From contig JARFYF010000036.1 in assembly GCA_030265395.1 (NCBI GenBank), positions 23,032,327 to 23,096,326 on the forward strand: a DNA stretch of 64,000 bases, given 5' to 3'. Shown in pieces: positions 1 through 11,900 of this stretch (the first letter of the stretch is position 1; each line of letters opens with the position of its first letter). The notes under the pieces are model-generated. The model saw nothing but the letters and a program-made list of their open reading frames with translations, did not search any database and was not told the DNA's origin. This DNA comes from Rhina ancylostomus (lineage: Eukaryota). Position numbers and translations under genes: made by a program.

Positions 1-150
1 GTATATTCGTACCACAAAAGTGCCAGGTAATGACCATCCTGCACAAGAGAATGGACCAATTACTCTTGATATTCAACAGCATTATCATCACTGAGCCCCT
101 AAGCATCAACATCCTGGATGTCGTTAATAACCAGAACCTCAGCTGTACCA
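1..150 (+). mobile_element. Old LINE reverse-transcriptase 3' fragment (probably same family as 2660-5200)
   Basis: aagtgccaggtaatgaccatc...catcaacatcctgg resembles the reverse complement of gatggtcattgcctggcacttg at about 3562-3583. Confidence 0.5.
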
Positions 151-154
151 TCGC

Positions 155-460
155 AGGGTGGTACAGGTGCTGTTGTGCTGTTATCGGTGTTGCTATCTTA
201 CAGCTCCAGGAACCTGGGTTTGATCCTGACCATAAGTGTTGTCTGTGTTTGAATGTTCTTCATAGCGCTTAGGTTTCTTCTCACTTCCTAATGACGTGCT
301 GGTAGGTTAATTGGCTACTAGCGATCTGCTTGGTGTAGGTAAATGAGAATCATAAGAGAGTTGATGGGAATGTGAGGGCAAATAATTTGTAGGATTACAG
401 GGAAATAAGGAGCGGAGGAATGAGACTGATGGGTTGGCCTCCTTATATGTTATAATGAGT
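155..460 (+). mobile_element. Degenerate tRNA-derived V-SINE
   Basis: acagctccaggaacctgggtttgatcctgacc head and ggtaggttaattggctac body; head resembles SINE at 30548. Confidence 0.55.
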
Positions 461-631
461 AGGTAAATAACATAAATACTCTGAATACAGACTGCTTTGT
501 TCGTGATAGCAACAAGCTTCTTGAGTGCTTTTGGAGCTGCACTCACCTGGGGGAGCAGAGACTACTCCATCACACTTCCTTGTAAAGTTTTGGTGAAGGA
601 CTCATAGTAGGACATTCAGCTTCTGACCTGT

Positions 632-1810
632 TCAGAGACCATAGACCTCCAATCTGAAAACCAACCCTCCACTTGACTCCTTCCAGCAAGCCAATTTTAG
701 CTCACACTGCATCCTATGTGATCTCGCCTTCCGGACCAGTCTACCATATGGCACCTTGTCAAAAGCCTTGCTAAAGTCCATGTAGACAACATCAGCCACC
801 CTGTCCTCGTCAATCCTCTTGGTTACCTCTTCCAAAAGGTCTATCATATTTGTTAGATATGATTTTCCATGCACAAAGCCATGCTGCCTATCCTTAATCA
901 GTCCTTGCCTTTCCAAATGCAGATAGATCTTGTCTCTCAGAAGCCCCTCCAGTAATTTTCCCACCACTGATGTTAGGCTCATCAGCCTGTACTTTTCTGG
1001 CTTGTTCTTGTAGCCTTTCTTAAATTAATGCGCAGCATTGATCACCCTGCAGTCTTCCAGTCCCTTGCCTGTGGCTAAGGAAGATACAGAAGTCTCTTCC
1101 AGGGCTCCAGCAATTTCTTCCCTTGCTTCCCATAATGTCCTAGGTTACACTTGTCAGGCCCTTGCAATTCATCCACCTTCATGTGCCTCAAAACTGCCAG
1201 CACCTCCTCTTTTGTCATATCAATATGTTTCAGAACATCACTGTTCTCTTCCCTGAATTCCCTAGCTCTGTGACCTTCTCTAAGTTAACACAGACAAGTA
1301 TTTATTTAAGACCTCATCCATCTCCCATAGTTCCACACATTGATAACTGCACTGATCGGGAAGGGGACATATCCTCCCCCAGTTATCCTTTTGCTCCTAT
1401 ATAAAATTGTAAAATCTTATAATACTTGTAAAATCTCTTAGGAATCTCCTTTATCTTATCTGCCAAGGATACGTCACATCCTCTTTTTGCCCTCCTGATT
1501 TCCTTAAGTCTACTCCTACATCCCTTGTACTTCTCAAGGAATTTGCTTGATTCTAGCTCCCTATGCCTGACACATGACTCCTTTTTCCTGACTAGAGCCT
1601 CAATATCCCTCATCCTACCAGCCTTGCCTTTCACTCTGATAGGAACATGCTGGCCCTTAACTCTCACTATGACACTTTTAAAAACCTCCCTCTTGTCAGG
1701 TGTCCCTTTACCTACCAACAGCCTTTCTCAATCAACCTTTGCAAGTTCCTATCTAATGTCACCAAAATTAGCCATGCCCCAATTTAGGACTTCAACATGT
1801 GGACCATCAT
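632..1810 (-). mobile_element. CR1-clade LINE ORF2 fragment (RT), frameshifted
   Basis: SLTSVVGKLLE, QHGFVHGKSYLTN, DVVYMDFSKAFDKVPY motifs in ORF 632-982; upstream linker in ORF 1383-1718. Confidence 0.92.
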
Positions 1811-2659
1811 GTGGATCATGCTTTACAGTCTCCACTTCGATTTTCTACTATGAATGAACTAAGTCCCAATTGCAGTGAAATTATTGGCTTTGTTCAGGAA
1901 GTAGGAAATTCCTTCAGAGATCAATAATAATCCACTGCAGCAGAGCCCTTGCTTCTTTTTGTTTAATCAAGTGTAATTGATGCAGAGATTATGCCAAGCA
2001 AAAATGAAGTTGGGCCCAGTATTCATTAGAAATCACAGTCATACAAGTGAACAGAGTGAAGTCTGAGGCTAATCCTCGTCGCCAGTAATATACCCTCTAT
2101 TTGCACAGATAACAATTGGCCACATGAGATTTCTTTACTCTGTGACTAGTCAGAGCTGTTTAATTATAGCTGTGAATGAAGTGAACTTAATAATTTAGTC
2201 ATATTCTTAAATACTTGTTCCTCTAGAGAAACTCACTGTTGACAACTAGTAATATAAAATGTTCAATATTTTATGTCATTTCCCTCTTGCTACTTAGTCT
2301 GACCAAGTTTAGCATTTTTAATTGTATGACTTAATTAAAAAATCATTTACAATTGACTTTATCTATTGACCATGAGAGGCTCATATTTCATACTTCGAAC
2401 AGACAAAACTTCTTGAAAGCTTATAGCTAGTGATGGCCTAAAGTGTTAATTGAAAATCTATAGGTAATGTTCAATATTTTTGTATAGATTTGCAATTAGT
2501 TTCCTTGGTAATTTTGTAATTTATTTAATTAGAGCCTTTTATCACTTCATAAATGAAATTTTAAAATTACTTTTAAACTGCAAAGTCTTGAACAAAAGTT
2601 TCCTCATTCTTAATTAATAATTAATACCTTTACTTGTATATAGGATGTAGGATTAACAG

Positions 2660-5200
2660 ACATTTATTTATTGCCCATCCCTTATTTCCTTAATTCTTGG
2701 ACTGCTCAAGTCCATGAATTGATGCCGCACCCTCAGTGCTCTTTGGTATGGAGTTCTAGAAATTTGCTTCAGCAGTGATGGATGAACAGTGATAATGGAC
2801 ACATCATGATGGAAAAAAGCCTTGGAAAGAAGCTTGGAGTTGGTTACATTATCATCTTTCTGCTGGCATTTTCCTGCCAGGTGGTGGTGGTTCTGGGTGT
2901 AGGAGGTGTGGTCAAAGGAGCTTTGGCAAGCTGATGAAGTGTATCTTGTAGATGATATGCAATGTACCTGTGGTCCACTGATGGTGTAGAGAGTTAATGT
3001 ATAAGGTGGTGAATGAGGTCCTAATAATAACAGGCTGCTTTTTCTTGAATTAAAAAAAAGTTGTGTTGGTTAGGCAGCATCTATAGAAATAGATGCAGAG
3101 TTTAAGTTAAGGTCAAAAGATCCTTCATCAGAAATGAGAGAGAGAAGAGATTCTCTTATCCTTCCCTTCCCCAATTCTGATGAAAGTTTTTCAACCTGAA
3201 GCATTAATTTTGTTTCACAGATGCTGCCTGACCTACTGAGTGTTTCCAGTATTTTCTGTTTTTATTTCAGGCTTTCAGCATCTGTAGTTTTTGATTTGGC
3301 TGTTTTTGAAAGTTGTCAAACTTGTTTAGTATTGTTGGACAGTACTACATTGTGTTCCTAACTTGTGCCTTGCAATTGGAAACAAGCTGAATGTCATGAC
3401 AAGTCAGAAATTTAGTCTGTGGAAAACCCAGCCTCTGAACTGTAGCTATAAACTTTGTGGTTGGTCCATTTCTGTTTCACCTCAATGGTGATCCACACAA
3501 GAAAGGTTGTGTCAATAAACATTGTTTATCATGGAAAGCTGGTCAACTCTCTCTTGTTGAAGATGGTCATTGCCTGGCACTTGTCTTGCACTAACGTTAT
3601 TTGTCACATGTCAGTTCAAGCCTTGGTCATAATGCATCTAAGAAATGGACTGGTCGAATGTCTGAGGAGAATGAAACTGAACACTCTGATGGAGATGAGA
3701 ATTATTCTCCCCTCATCTTTGGAATTCAGCTCACTTCATTCTGGGCTAAAGTTTGAAGGCAAGCAGAATGTCAAAAGTTCTACAATAGCAACGTTGACTC
3801 TAACTATAATAGTTTCCTGATGAGTGGGAGTGGACTAATGGAGTAGTAATTAGCCAGGTTGAATTTGTCCTGCTATTTAGAGACGGGATGTAACTGGGCA
3901 ATTTTTTCCTCTGGTCTTACCATGTTGGAAGAGGTTGGCAAGTGGTTTGACTGGTTGCAGGGCACAAGGTTTCAGCAATACATCTGAAATTGTCTTTGTT
4001 CATAGCTTTTGTTGTATCCAGTTCTCTTGGAAATTTCTTAATATCATATGGAAGGAAGCTAACTTGTTCAAGAATGTCTTTGACAGGGGAGCTTTGGGAG
4101 GAGGATGGGATGTTGAGTGTGGTTACCAAATATTTCAGCAAAGCCTTTGAATTTAATGGAGTCCTCCATCATTAACAATATTCATGGACCTTTCTCCTTT
4201 AGTTAGCTATTTAATTGTCTACTACAGTTTAGGCTGGATGTGACAAGACTGCAGAGCTTTGATTTCTGGTCTGTTGGTTGTGGGATTGCTTCATTCTATT
4301 CATTATATGGTGCATTTGCTGGTTAGAATGGATGTAGGCCTATGCTGTTCCTTCTGAGGTTGGGACCTTATATTTTGTACATTCCAAAGTTGCATTTCAC
4401 CTAGTGTAGGATCACAATAACCCTTCTACATCTTTGACTGAACTTGGGTTGGTCCCTTGACTCAATGATAAAGGAGGGATATTGATTGTCCACTGTGGTA
4501 CAGATTGTGGTAGACTATAAACCTGCTGCTTATATTCCACAGTTGCTCATGGATAGCCTGTTTTGAACCTCCAAGTCCATTCTCAATCTACCCAATTTAG
4601 CACTTAGTAGTGCCATACAACATTGAAGAAAGTGACATCAGTGTGAAGATGGGAACTACATCAACATAGATGGCATGCTGGCACTCCTGCCAATACTGTC
4701 TTGGACTAATGCACCAGCAACAGTTTGATTGGTGAGGATGAGAACAGGTCTGTGTTTTCCCACGTGTTGATTTCTTTGTCATCCAGCACAGACACAGTGT
4801 GGCAGCTTTATTTATTAGGACATAACCATCTGGGTCAGTGGTAATGCCACTGAGTCTCTTGGATACGGACATTAGAGACTCCCACTCTTGGCCCTTGCTA
4901 GTCTCAGTGTCCATTCCAAATGATATTCAACATGAAGGTTTACTAATTCATCAATAAAGGGGAGGTAGGTGNNNNNNNNNNNNNNNNNNNNNNNNNNNNN
5001 NNNNNNNNNNNNNNNNNNNNNNNNNNNNNNNNNNNNNNNNNNNNNNNNNNNNNNNNNNNNNNNNNNNNNNNAATCTGCAGAATGATTCCTTGTCTGTGTT
5101 TCAGCTGATGTGACAAGACTCTATGGCAGTGGAGACATGGTTAATGGAATGGGACATACAGTAGCCATTGATACTGATGAAAGAGCCTGTGACTGACTGA
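2660..5200 (-). mobile_element. Highly decayed LINE (ORF2 plus 3' tail), interrupted by a Penelope-type repeat and a gap
   Basis: ORF 3917-4141 FLPYDIKKFPRELDTTKAMNKDN resembles the LINE KAxGPDNIP region; tail gcccatccc at about 2673 resembles LINE tails at 21020 and 43830. Confidence 0.65.
3060..3295. mobile_element. Inverted pair of Penelope-like element terminal repeats
   Basis: gcagcatctatag...ccttcatcagaa and ttctgatgaaag...cagatgctgcctgacc are reverse-complement related. Confidence 0.65.
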
Positions 5201-5867
5201 AATGTATGCTTCTTTGAGTGCAACTTTGGTAGTCTTTCACTTGGCATATAACCTCAATCATTGTGAAATTCCCCTTCTACTTATAAGAAGATGAATGGGC
5301 TGAATCAGATATTGGTTGCAGCCATGTATAAAACTGTAAACTACACTGAGAAACCTTAGTGAAGACTGAACATTGTTTCAGATTTTAATGCTGAGTTCAA
5401 GTCTTCTGAGGCTAATGCAATTACTTCATAAGGCTCTTCCCTTGACTAGCAACAGCTTTTCAATTTTGAACCAAATAAAACAAGGATGTCTTTTGAATTT
5501 AGGTTGTGAGTTCAGTATTGTTTGTGTGTTAAAAGTGGAGTAAAATAGTGGACTTGATTTTAACTTTAGTGGTGGATAGATAACAGATGGTGGTACATCA
5601 ATCAATAGAAAATAAAATTGGGCATCTTTCTGAGTGTCACTTTATTCATGCATAATTTACAACTGTAAATAACATTGAAGAATTTTGACATATTTTCATC
5701 TTATTTGAGACATGATATTAATTTAACTTTTAAGATTAAAAAACCCAAAAAGTATCAGTGCACGGAGTCTGTTGTAATTATCCCTTGGAATGCAAATAAA
5801 TGTTGGTTGTGTAATGTTTAAGGTTAATAAAATGATTAGTTTCTGAACATTGTTTTCTATTGTCTAG

Positions 5868-5941
5868 GACATGCTGACAAAGTAGAAAGCAGACGGAAGG
5901 GAAGACACAAATCAGAGGATAAAGATCTCAAGGAAATTCCA
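5868..5941 (+). CDS. ZNF512B: ZNF512B-like exon (phase 1 in, 0 out): [24 protein letters not shown]
   Basis: ttttctattgtctag acceptor and gtaggt donor; resembles recalled ZNF512B DKTEGKKKGRPKAENQALRDIP. Confidence 0.75.
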
Positions 5942-8900
5942 GTAGGTAGTTTGAACCATAAATGTTTGTAAACCTAAATATTCACTTTTTGATTAAATCG
6001 TTGAGAAATCAATGTAAATATTAATATGTACATGAAATTGTAAGAAATAATTAACAGTTTGGCCACTATAGCTTTCATAAACATGCTCATTTTGCTAAAA
6101 AGTATTCTAAGGGTAGAATTTTCAATCAAAAAAATCATGAGTGAATATTTAACAAGCTTGTACTGCATTCCTGTGTGTCTTGTTTTAATATACAAATTTA
6201 GTTTTTTAAAGTAAATGTGTCTTTATAAGAATGCACTTGTGCTTTGCTTAAGAGCATAAAAATATCTTAAGTGTCAAAATTCACAATCAGTAGTCCTATA
6301 GTAAGATTGTTCTTTCTAAACCTGAATATGATATAAATGGGGCTGTAAATTTTCAAAGGATATTTCTTTATTAAAAATGAAATTCAGAAGTGAATTGTGC
6401 CCACAAATTTTTTTCATCCTGGGTTATTTTCCTGTAAATGATTGATCTGTTAATATATAGTTGCATTTATATATAAAATCTTGGAATTTCTGGTATTTGG
6501 AATGTAGCAAAAGATAATTAGGAAGTTTGTCTAATCAAAAATTTGAGAATTAATTTCCATAACAAGCTATTGTGCAAGACTATCAGAAACTGACAAGATA
6601 GTGAAATACCTCATCATTAAACTACACAGATTAACAGGGTTGATCAATAACTTTTACAAGCAAAGTCCTGTAGATCCAGTAGATGATCTTGGCCAGGTAA
6701 ATTTGAATGTGGATAACGCTCTCATTTAATTAATTTCTTCATTATTAAAATCCCTTTACCAGTGTAAAAATTATTTGTTAAAATTATTTGTTGTTGCAGA
6801 CAAATGTCCCTGATCTGTGTCAAAGAGAATAATTTCAGAAACAGAAATAATGATTTGAAAAGATCTTGCTCAGTTGGAATCTGAAATGGCTATAGAGCGA
6901 GTCCCAGATATCATAGTACATAATCTAAATTACATAAAATAAAGCCAATGCAACTGAATGTCAGATTAACCAAATGGCCATAATACCACACAAGCTATAA
7001 TATCCAGTTCAATAGAGGAGACTCTGTGATTTATGTAATTTTGCAGATGATTAGGAGTCTTCAGAATTTGGTATTAAACAAAGAGCAGAATTTTCTGGGT
7101 GTAAGAATAAAGATTAAGAACAAAAATTATAAACATTAGTATTATTCAAACAAAAGAGATAAAATGTGAATGAGCTGTCTTGCGCAGGACTTTGTCATTT
7201 GAAAATGTTGGCAGCTAATTGGAATGGTGGATAATAGGAATGTGGCTGTTGGGGATTGCTTTGAATTCCAATTGATGGGCTTTGTCTCCAATTAAGAAAA
7301 GTGCATTCTAAGTACATTGTGCTGCACTATGTGTTTCTCATTTTCAAGTAATTCAGAAGCCATGTACTTCTCCCCTCTGAGGATGTGATTTTGATATGCA
7401 AATATTGCAAGTGTTCATAAAGAAAATGAAATACGATAGGCACTCACTTAGTGATTTATATTTTTAAACAAGACCTCATGAATTCTTAGGGAACTAAATT
7501 CAAAGAGTAATTGCAAAAGCTTTAAATTTCTAAGGCTGTAAGTCATGCTAGATATGTGTCAGTGTAACTCCAGGTGCTATGTGATATTCTGCAGAACTAA
7601 GTCTGTGCACATTTATTGATTGACTTACTTGTATATCCACTGGTGTAGCTGTGATGCAAATCAGGTACATATTAGGAATGATGCACTGCTGCGACTGAAA
7701 ATTAAAGAGAATATATAAAATAAACTAAATGTAGATGAAGATTGTAGTTGAATGCTAGGGACTTCACGTGTAAGAAGATATGAGCTTGGATCACTGAGTT
7801 GAATGTCACATTGCTGCACTGGAGACCAAAAACATCCTATTTCAAGATTACCTGCCCCAGAGCTTCTGGAGCAGGCAGCAGAAAGGTCTATGGCAAGACT
7901 GATCTCCAAATGGTTCTTCAGGAGCCTGAGTGTTATAGGGAGAGAGGTAACATTGGCACAAAGTAATACCTGCTACAAGCTTTTGTCATGGGAAGGTCAA
8001 TGGTCAGGCAAATTGATGTAAAAGGCATGATTCCATTTCATCTTTGAGCACTAGCTTGGACTTCCTGTATAATGAAGCATGGCATTATGGCTAAAGGAAA
8101 CAATAATTAAAGATCTTATAATCTGTGTTTCCCTTTACTCCCTGGATAGCACATACTTGAATGAAAAATACTAACATGTTTTGCTCTGTATCAGTAGGAT
8201 AATGCCAGCAGATTACCTGCATAAGGTGCCTGATGATGCCTATTCTTAGTTGCTATCTTTCCCACAATTTTCTTAACTTGTTACAAGAGTAAATTGTATA
8301 CAGCAATGAGCTGAGTGCTGGGAAAAGAGACCTTCAGAAGATAGCTCCCAGACAGATTCAGAAGGTGCTGGGAACATGGGAATTCTCCAATTGTGGGGAG
8401 TTTACAATTAGGGGGTACTAAGTTAATAGCCACAGTCATGTGCATTGTATTTCACAGCCACAAGTGGTGTCAGCGATGAAGAATGTGTTGGTACTGCTCT
8501 GAGAAGAATGTTAAATGAATGCTGCAACTGGACAGAGACTGAGCTGTTGTTTAAAGCTTATCTGCTGGAATAATTAGTAGTTATTTCTTCCTTGCAGGTT
8601 ATTAATAGAGCCTAGCACACCTTGAAAAGGATATTAGGATTACAAAAGGTGGAATTGTTGATGGTTGGAGATTGATTAATGTTTGGAATTCTCTATCCCA
8701 GAGGGTTGTGAAGGCTTGGTCATTGAATCAATTACAAATAGGTTTTGGATATTAAGGTACTTGAGGGATATGGAGTAAGAGCAGAAAAATGGCACTGAGT
8801 TTGGAGATCAGCCACAATCTTGGTGAATGGCAGAGCCGGCTCAAAGGATTGGATGGCCTCTTCCTGCTACTTATGTTCTTAAATTTATTGGAATTTCTGA

Positions 8901-11900
8901 CCTAATAGAACAATTGGAGCTGTAATCCCTGGCAATTCCAATACCAGTGCTTCTCAATGGGCCTCTAAGGCTGTGGTAATAGCTGTAAAAGTTCTGCTGG
9001 ATATTCAGGCCGGCAGCACATGACAGACACATGACCTTGCCCCTTAGTATCCAATTTAGGAAGTGCCATAAGGCTGCTCAGTCACTAACTTTAGAGATAC
9101 ACTGAACAGTGTCCCTCCCCCCCCTCCCCCCACATGGAGGCAAGGTGTTATGAGAAGAGGGCATACAAAAAGCCAAGCAACTTTTGTAACAATAGATCCC
9201 AAGATGTACCTAGAAGAGACATTGGAATGGCAAAAAGATTCATATAGGAATTACTGTCAGGAGAAAATGCATTGACCACTGCTTATTTTGATGTTCATTT
9301 TATTAAGGGAGAATTTATACTTTTGTCATTCATTGTTATTAATGAGTATTAGAGACTTACAATTATCTTGTGCTTAATTACTTGATTTGACAATTACTGT
9401 CGGTGTGGTCACAAAAGAAAATGCACGTTTGATTTGTTGTTATTTGCTAGAATGGATAATCAATTGAATGATTGGTCCATTNNNNNNNNNNNNNNNNNNN
9501 NNNNNNNNNNNNNNNNNNNNNNNNNNNNNNNNNNNNNNNNNNNNNNNNNNNNNNNNNNNNNNNNNNNNNNNNNNNNNNNNNGTCCATTTTATTTGCAGGT
9601 GAGCACAAGATAACTAAAGATGTAACAAGTGAGGTTGTGTTAAACAGCAGAAAATACATAGATTAGTTATGATCTGATGCCAATAGAAAATGGTAGCATC
9701 TGTGTAAAGGGGAACAGAGTTAATGTTTCAGGTCCTGAGACCCTTTGTTCTCAGTTCAAGCGAAGGGGGTCTCATATATGAAGTGTTAATTCCATTTCTG
9801 ATTTTGTTTCAGATTTTCATTTGCAGTTTAAAAAAAAATTCATCTATGCTCTGATGTCCCCTGCAACAATTAGAGTCCACTGAGTGACTGTGATCAGGAG
9901 GCTCTGGGCCATATACTCAATTTGCAGTGTGTCACAGACAAAGGAATGTATACATTCTGGCCTTTCTGAGCATCAATTGTATCACCCATAATCTTGGCAG
10001 GATATCTGAGCTTGAACATATTGAAACACTTCTCTTCACCAATTAAAAGAGAATATATATCTCAAATACCTTGGAAGTTTTCTAGGTAATAACTTCACAA
10101 GATGCATGTGCCACATGAGTTGCATCACTCCTCATCTGTTGTTTGCAACTCTTAATAAAGTTTAATTTTATGAACGTGGGAGATTTGCCTTCACAAACTA
10201 TCCATTGACGTGATTTTCTGTTGTGAAGAACTCTGGGAGGTCTGAATTGTGAATAATAAATACATCAGGATAAACTTGAGAAACTCTTGGATGAATATGC
10301 AGTATTTTTTTCTATGCTTAACCAAAGTATTTAAGAAATGAAAACAATTCCATTGAGAAGGTTGTATTTAGGACTGTAGGAGCTTAAAAAAACATCACCC
10401 ACCCCTTCTATTTCACACTGGACCCCATGACATAAAGGAACTGATCAGACCTTTGCCTATATCTTGCTATTATCTTACTTTATGTGTATGTGAAGAGTTT
10501 TTGTTTACAGAAAAGCTGGGGAATTTAATAACATCGGTTGTAAAGAAGTGGAAAGATAGGTCCATTTAGAGGTACCTGGCTTTTCCATGACTCGGTGCAG
10601 TTGGTGGCATCCACATAGTTTTGGAATCTCCATTATGCCACCCCCTTGACTAACTCAATAGAAATGATTTACACACTCAGAATGCACAGATTNNNNNNNN
10701 NNNNNNNNNNNNNNNNNNNNNNNNNNNNNNNNNNNNNNNNNNNNNNNNNNNNNNNNNNNNNNNNNNNNNNNNNNNNNNNNNNNNNNNNNNNNCAGAATGC
10801 ACAGATTGTGTGTGGTGAGGTGCAGAAGATCTTGCAGCCTTGAGTTTATCCTGGGAAGGGATGCTGTGGAGACAGCAACTGGAGAAGGCCCTGTGAGAAA
10901 TAGTCTCTGGAGCATAAGCCCAGGGAAATTTTAATTTATGGCCTTATCACAATCCCTCCTCACAGTCTGCTGAAGTTGACAGTCCTAATTCAGAGGCTGG
11001 AAAGCAAGTGTGGGGAAAATCCCATGTTTGAAGGTCCCTGTTGAAGACTTAGGGAATGGTCCTTTACAAGGTCAGTGATTGTGGATTGTTGGGATTTATC
11101 CTGCTCCTCCTCAGTCACAAAGAACCTTATGAAAAATGTTGTTCATATGCTCATGTGGGCTTTTTCTGACCTGATCCAGCTTGCCAGCAACTTCTGATAG
11201 TTCCAAGATGGCATAATCTGCACTATTCCATATTTTTTTGAATTATGCTTCAATATTTATGAAGTTGCCTTTTGCTTGTGGTGGTCAGTCTCCATGTTCC
11301 TGAAAGCACGAGAGAAAAAATTGCAAAAGGGTTGTTGCATTGTGTGATATCTTTGCCTGAATTATTCTCATCAGCTTCACAAGCCAGTGCCAGATATCCT
11401 GGAAGTTGGTTTGTCACGGTGAACGTGTCCTTTGAAATTCTGCCCTCCCTCTTTTTACTCTATAGTTGAGGATTTTTGCAAAAGATGGTGGGGTCTGAGT
11501 CCTGATGAAGGATCTTGCCCTGAAACATTGACTGTTCATTTCCCTCCATAGGTGCTGCCTGACCTGCTGAGTTCCTCCAGCACTTTTTGTATGTTGCTCC
11601 AGATTTCCAACATCTGCAGTTTCTCTCTTGTGGGGTGTATGTTTATCTTTTGAATGCATTAAATTCACAATATGGAAGCTTATTATATGTGTTCTGTTTT
11701 CTAAATTAGGTTCCATCGGAGTCAATAAAATGCATTTCAGAAATTGTAGTATCGCACATCTGCTACTATAACATGGGAAAAAGGACAAATTTCCATTTTA
11801 TCTAGTTCAGATTGCTGTAACCTCTGGGTATCAGGTGGTTAGATATTCAGCATTTATTCAACCTGCTTAAGAGAATGACTGGCATATTTAGGCAGACACA

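Noticed and set aside
7047-7100. Possible 54-nt in-frame cassette exon (ttttgcag ... gtaaga), [18 protein letters not shown]
   Set aside because: No similarity to ZNF512 family proteins; such site pairs occur by chance in AT-rich introns.
9451-9481. Acceptor-like tgctag followed by [10 protein letters not shown] running into a gap
   Set aside because: Needs phase 2, incompatible with the upstream exon; duplicated gap flanks suggest no continuing exon.
10511-10570. Good acceptor followed by SVVKKWKD, resembling ZNF512B SLMNDWKD (candidate missing exon)
   Set aside because: That frame stops within four codons, has no Cys/His ligands and is out of phase with the 5941 donor; phase 0 also hits a stop.
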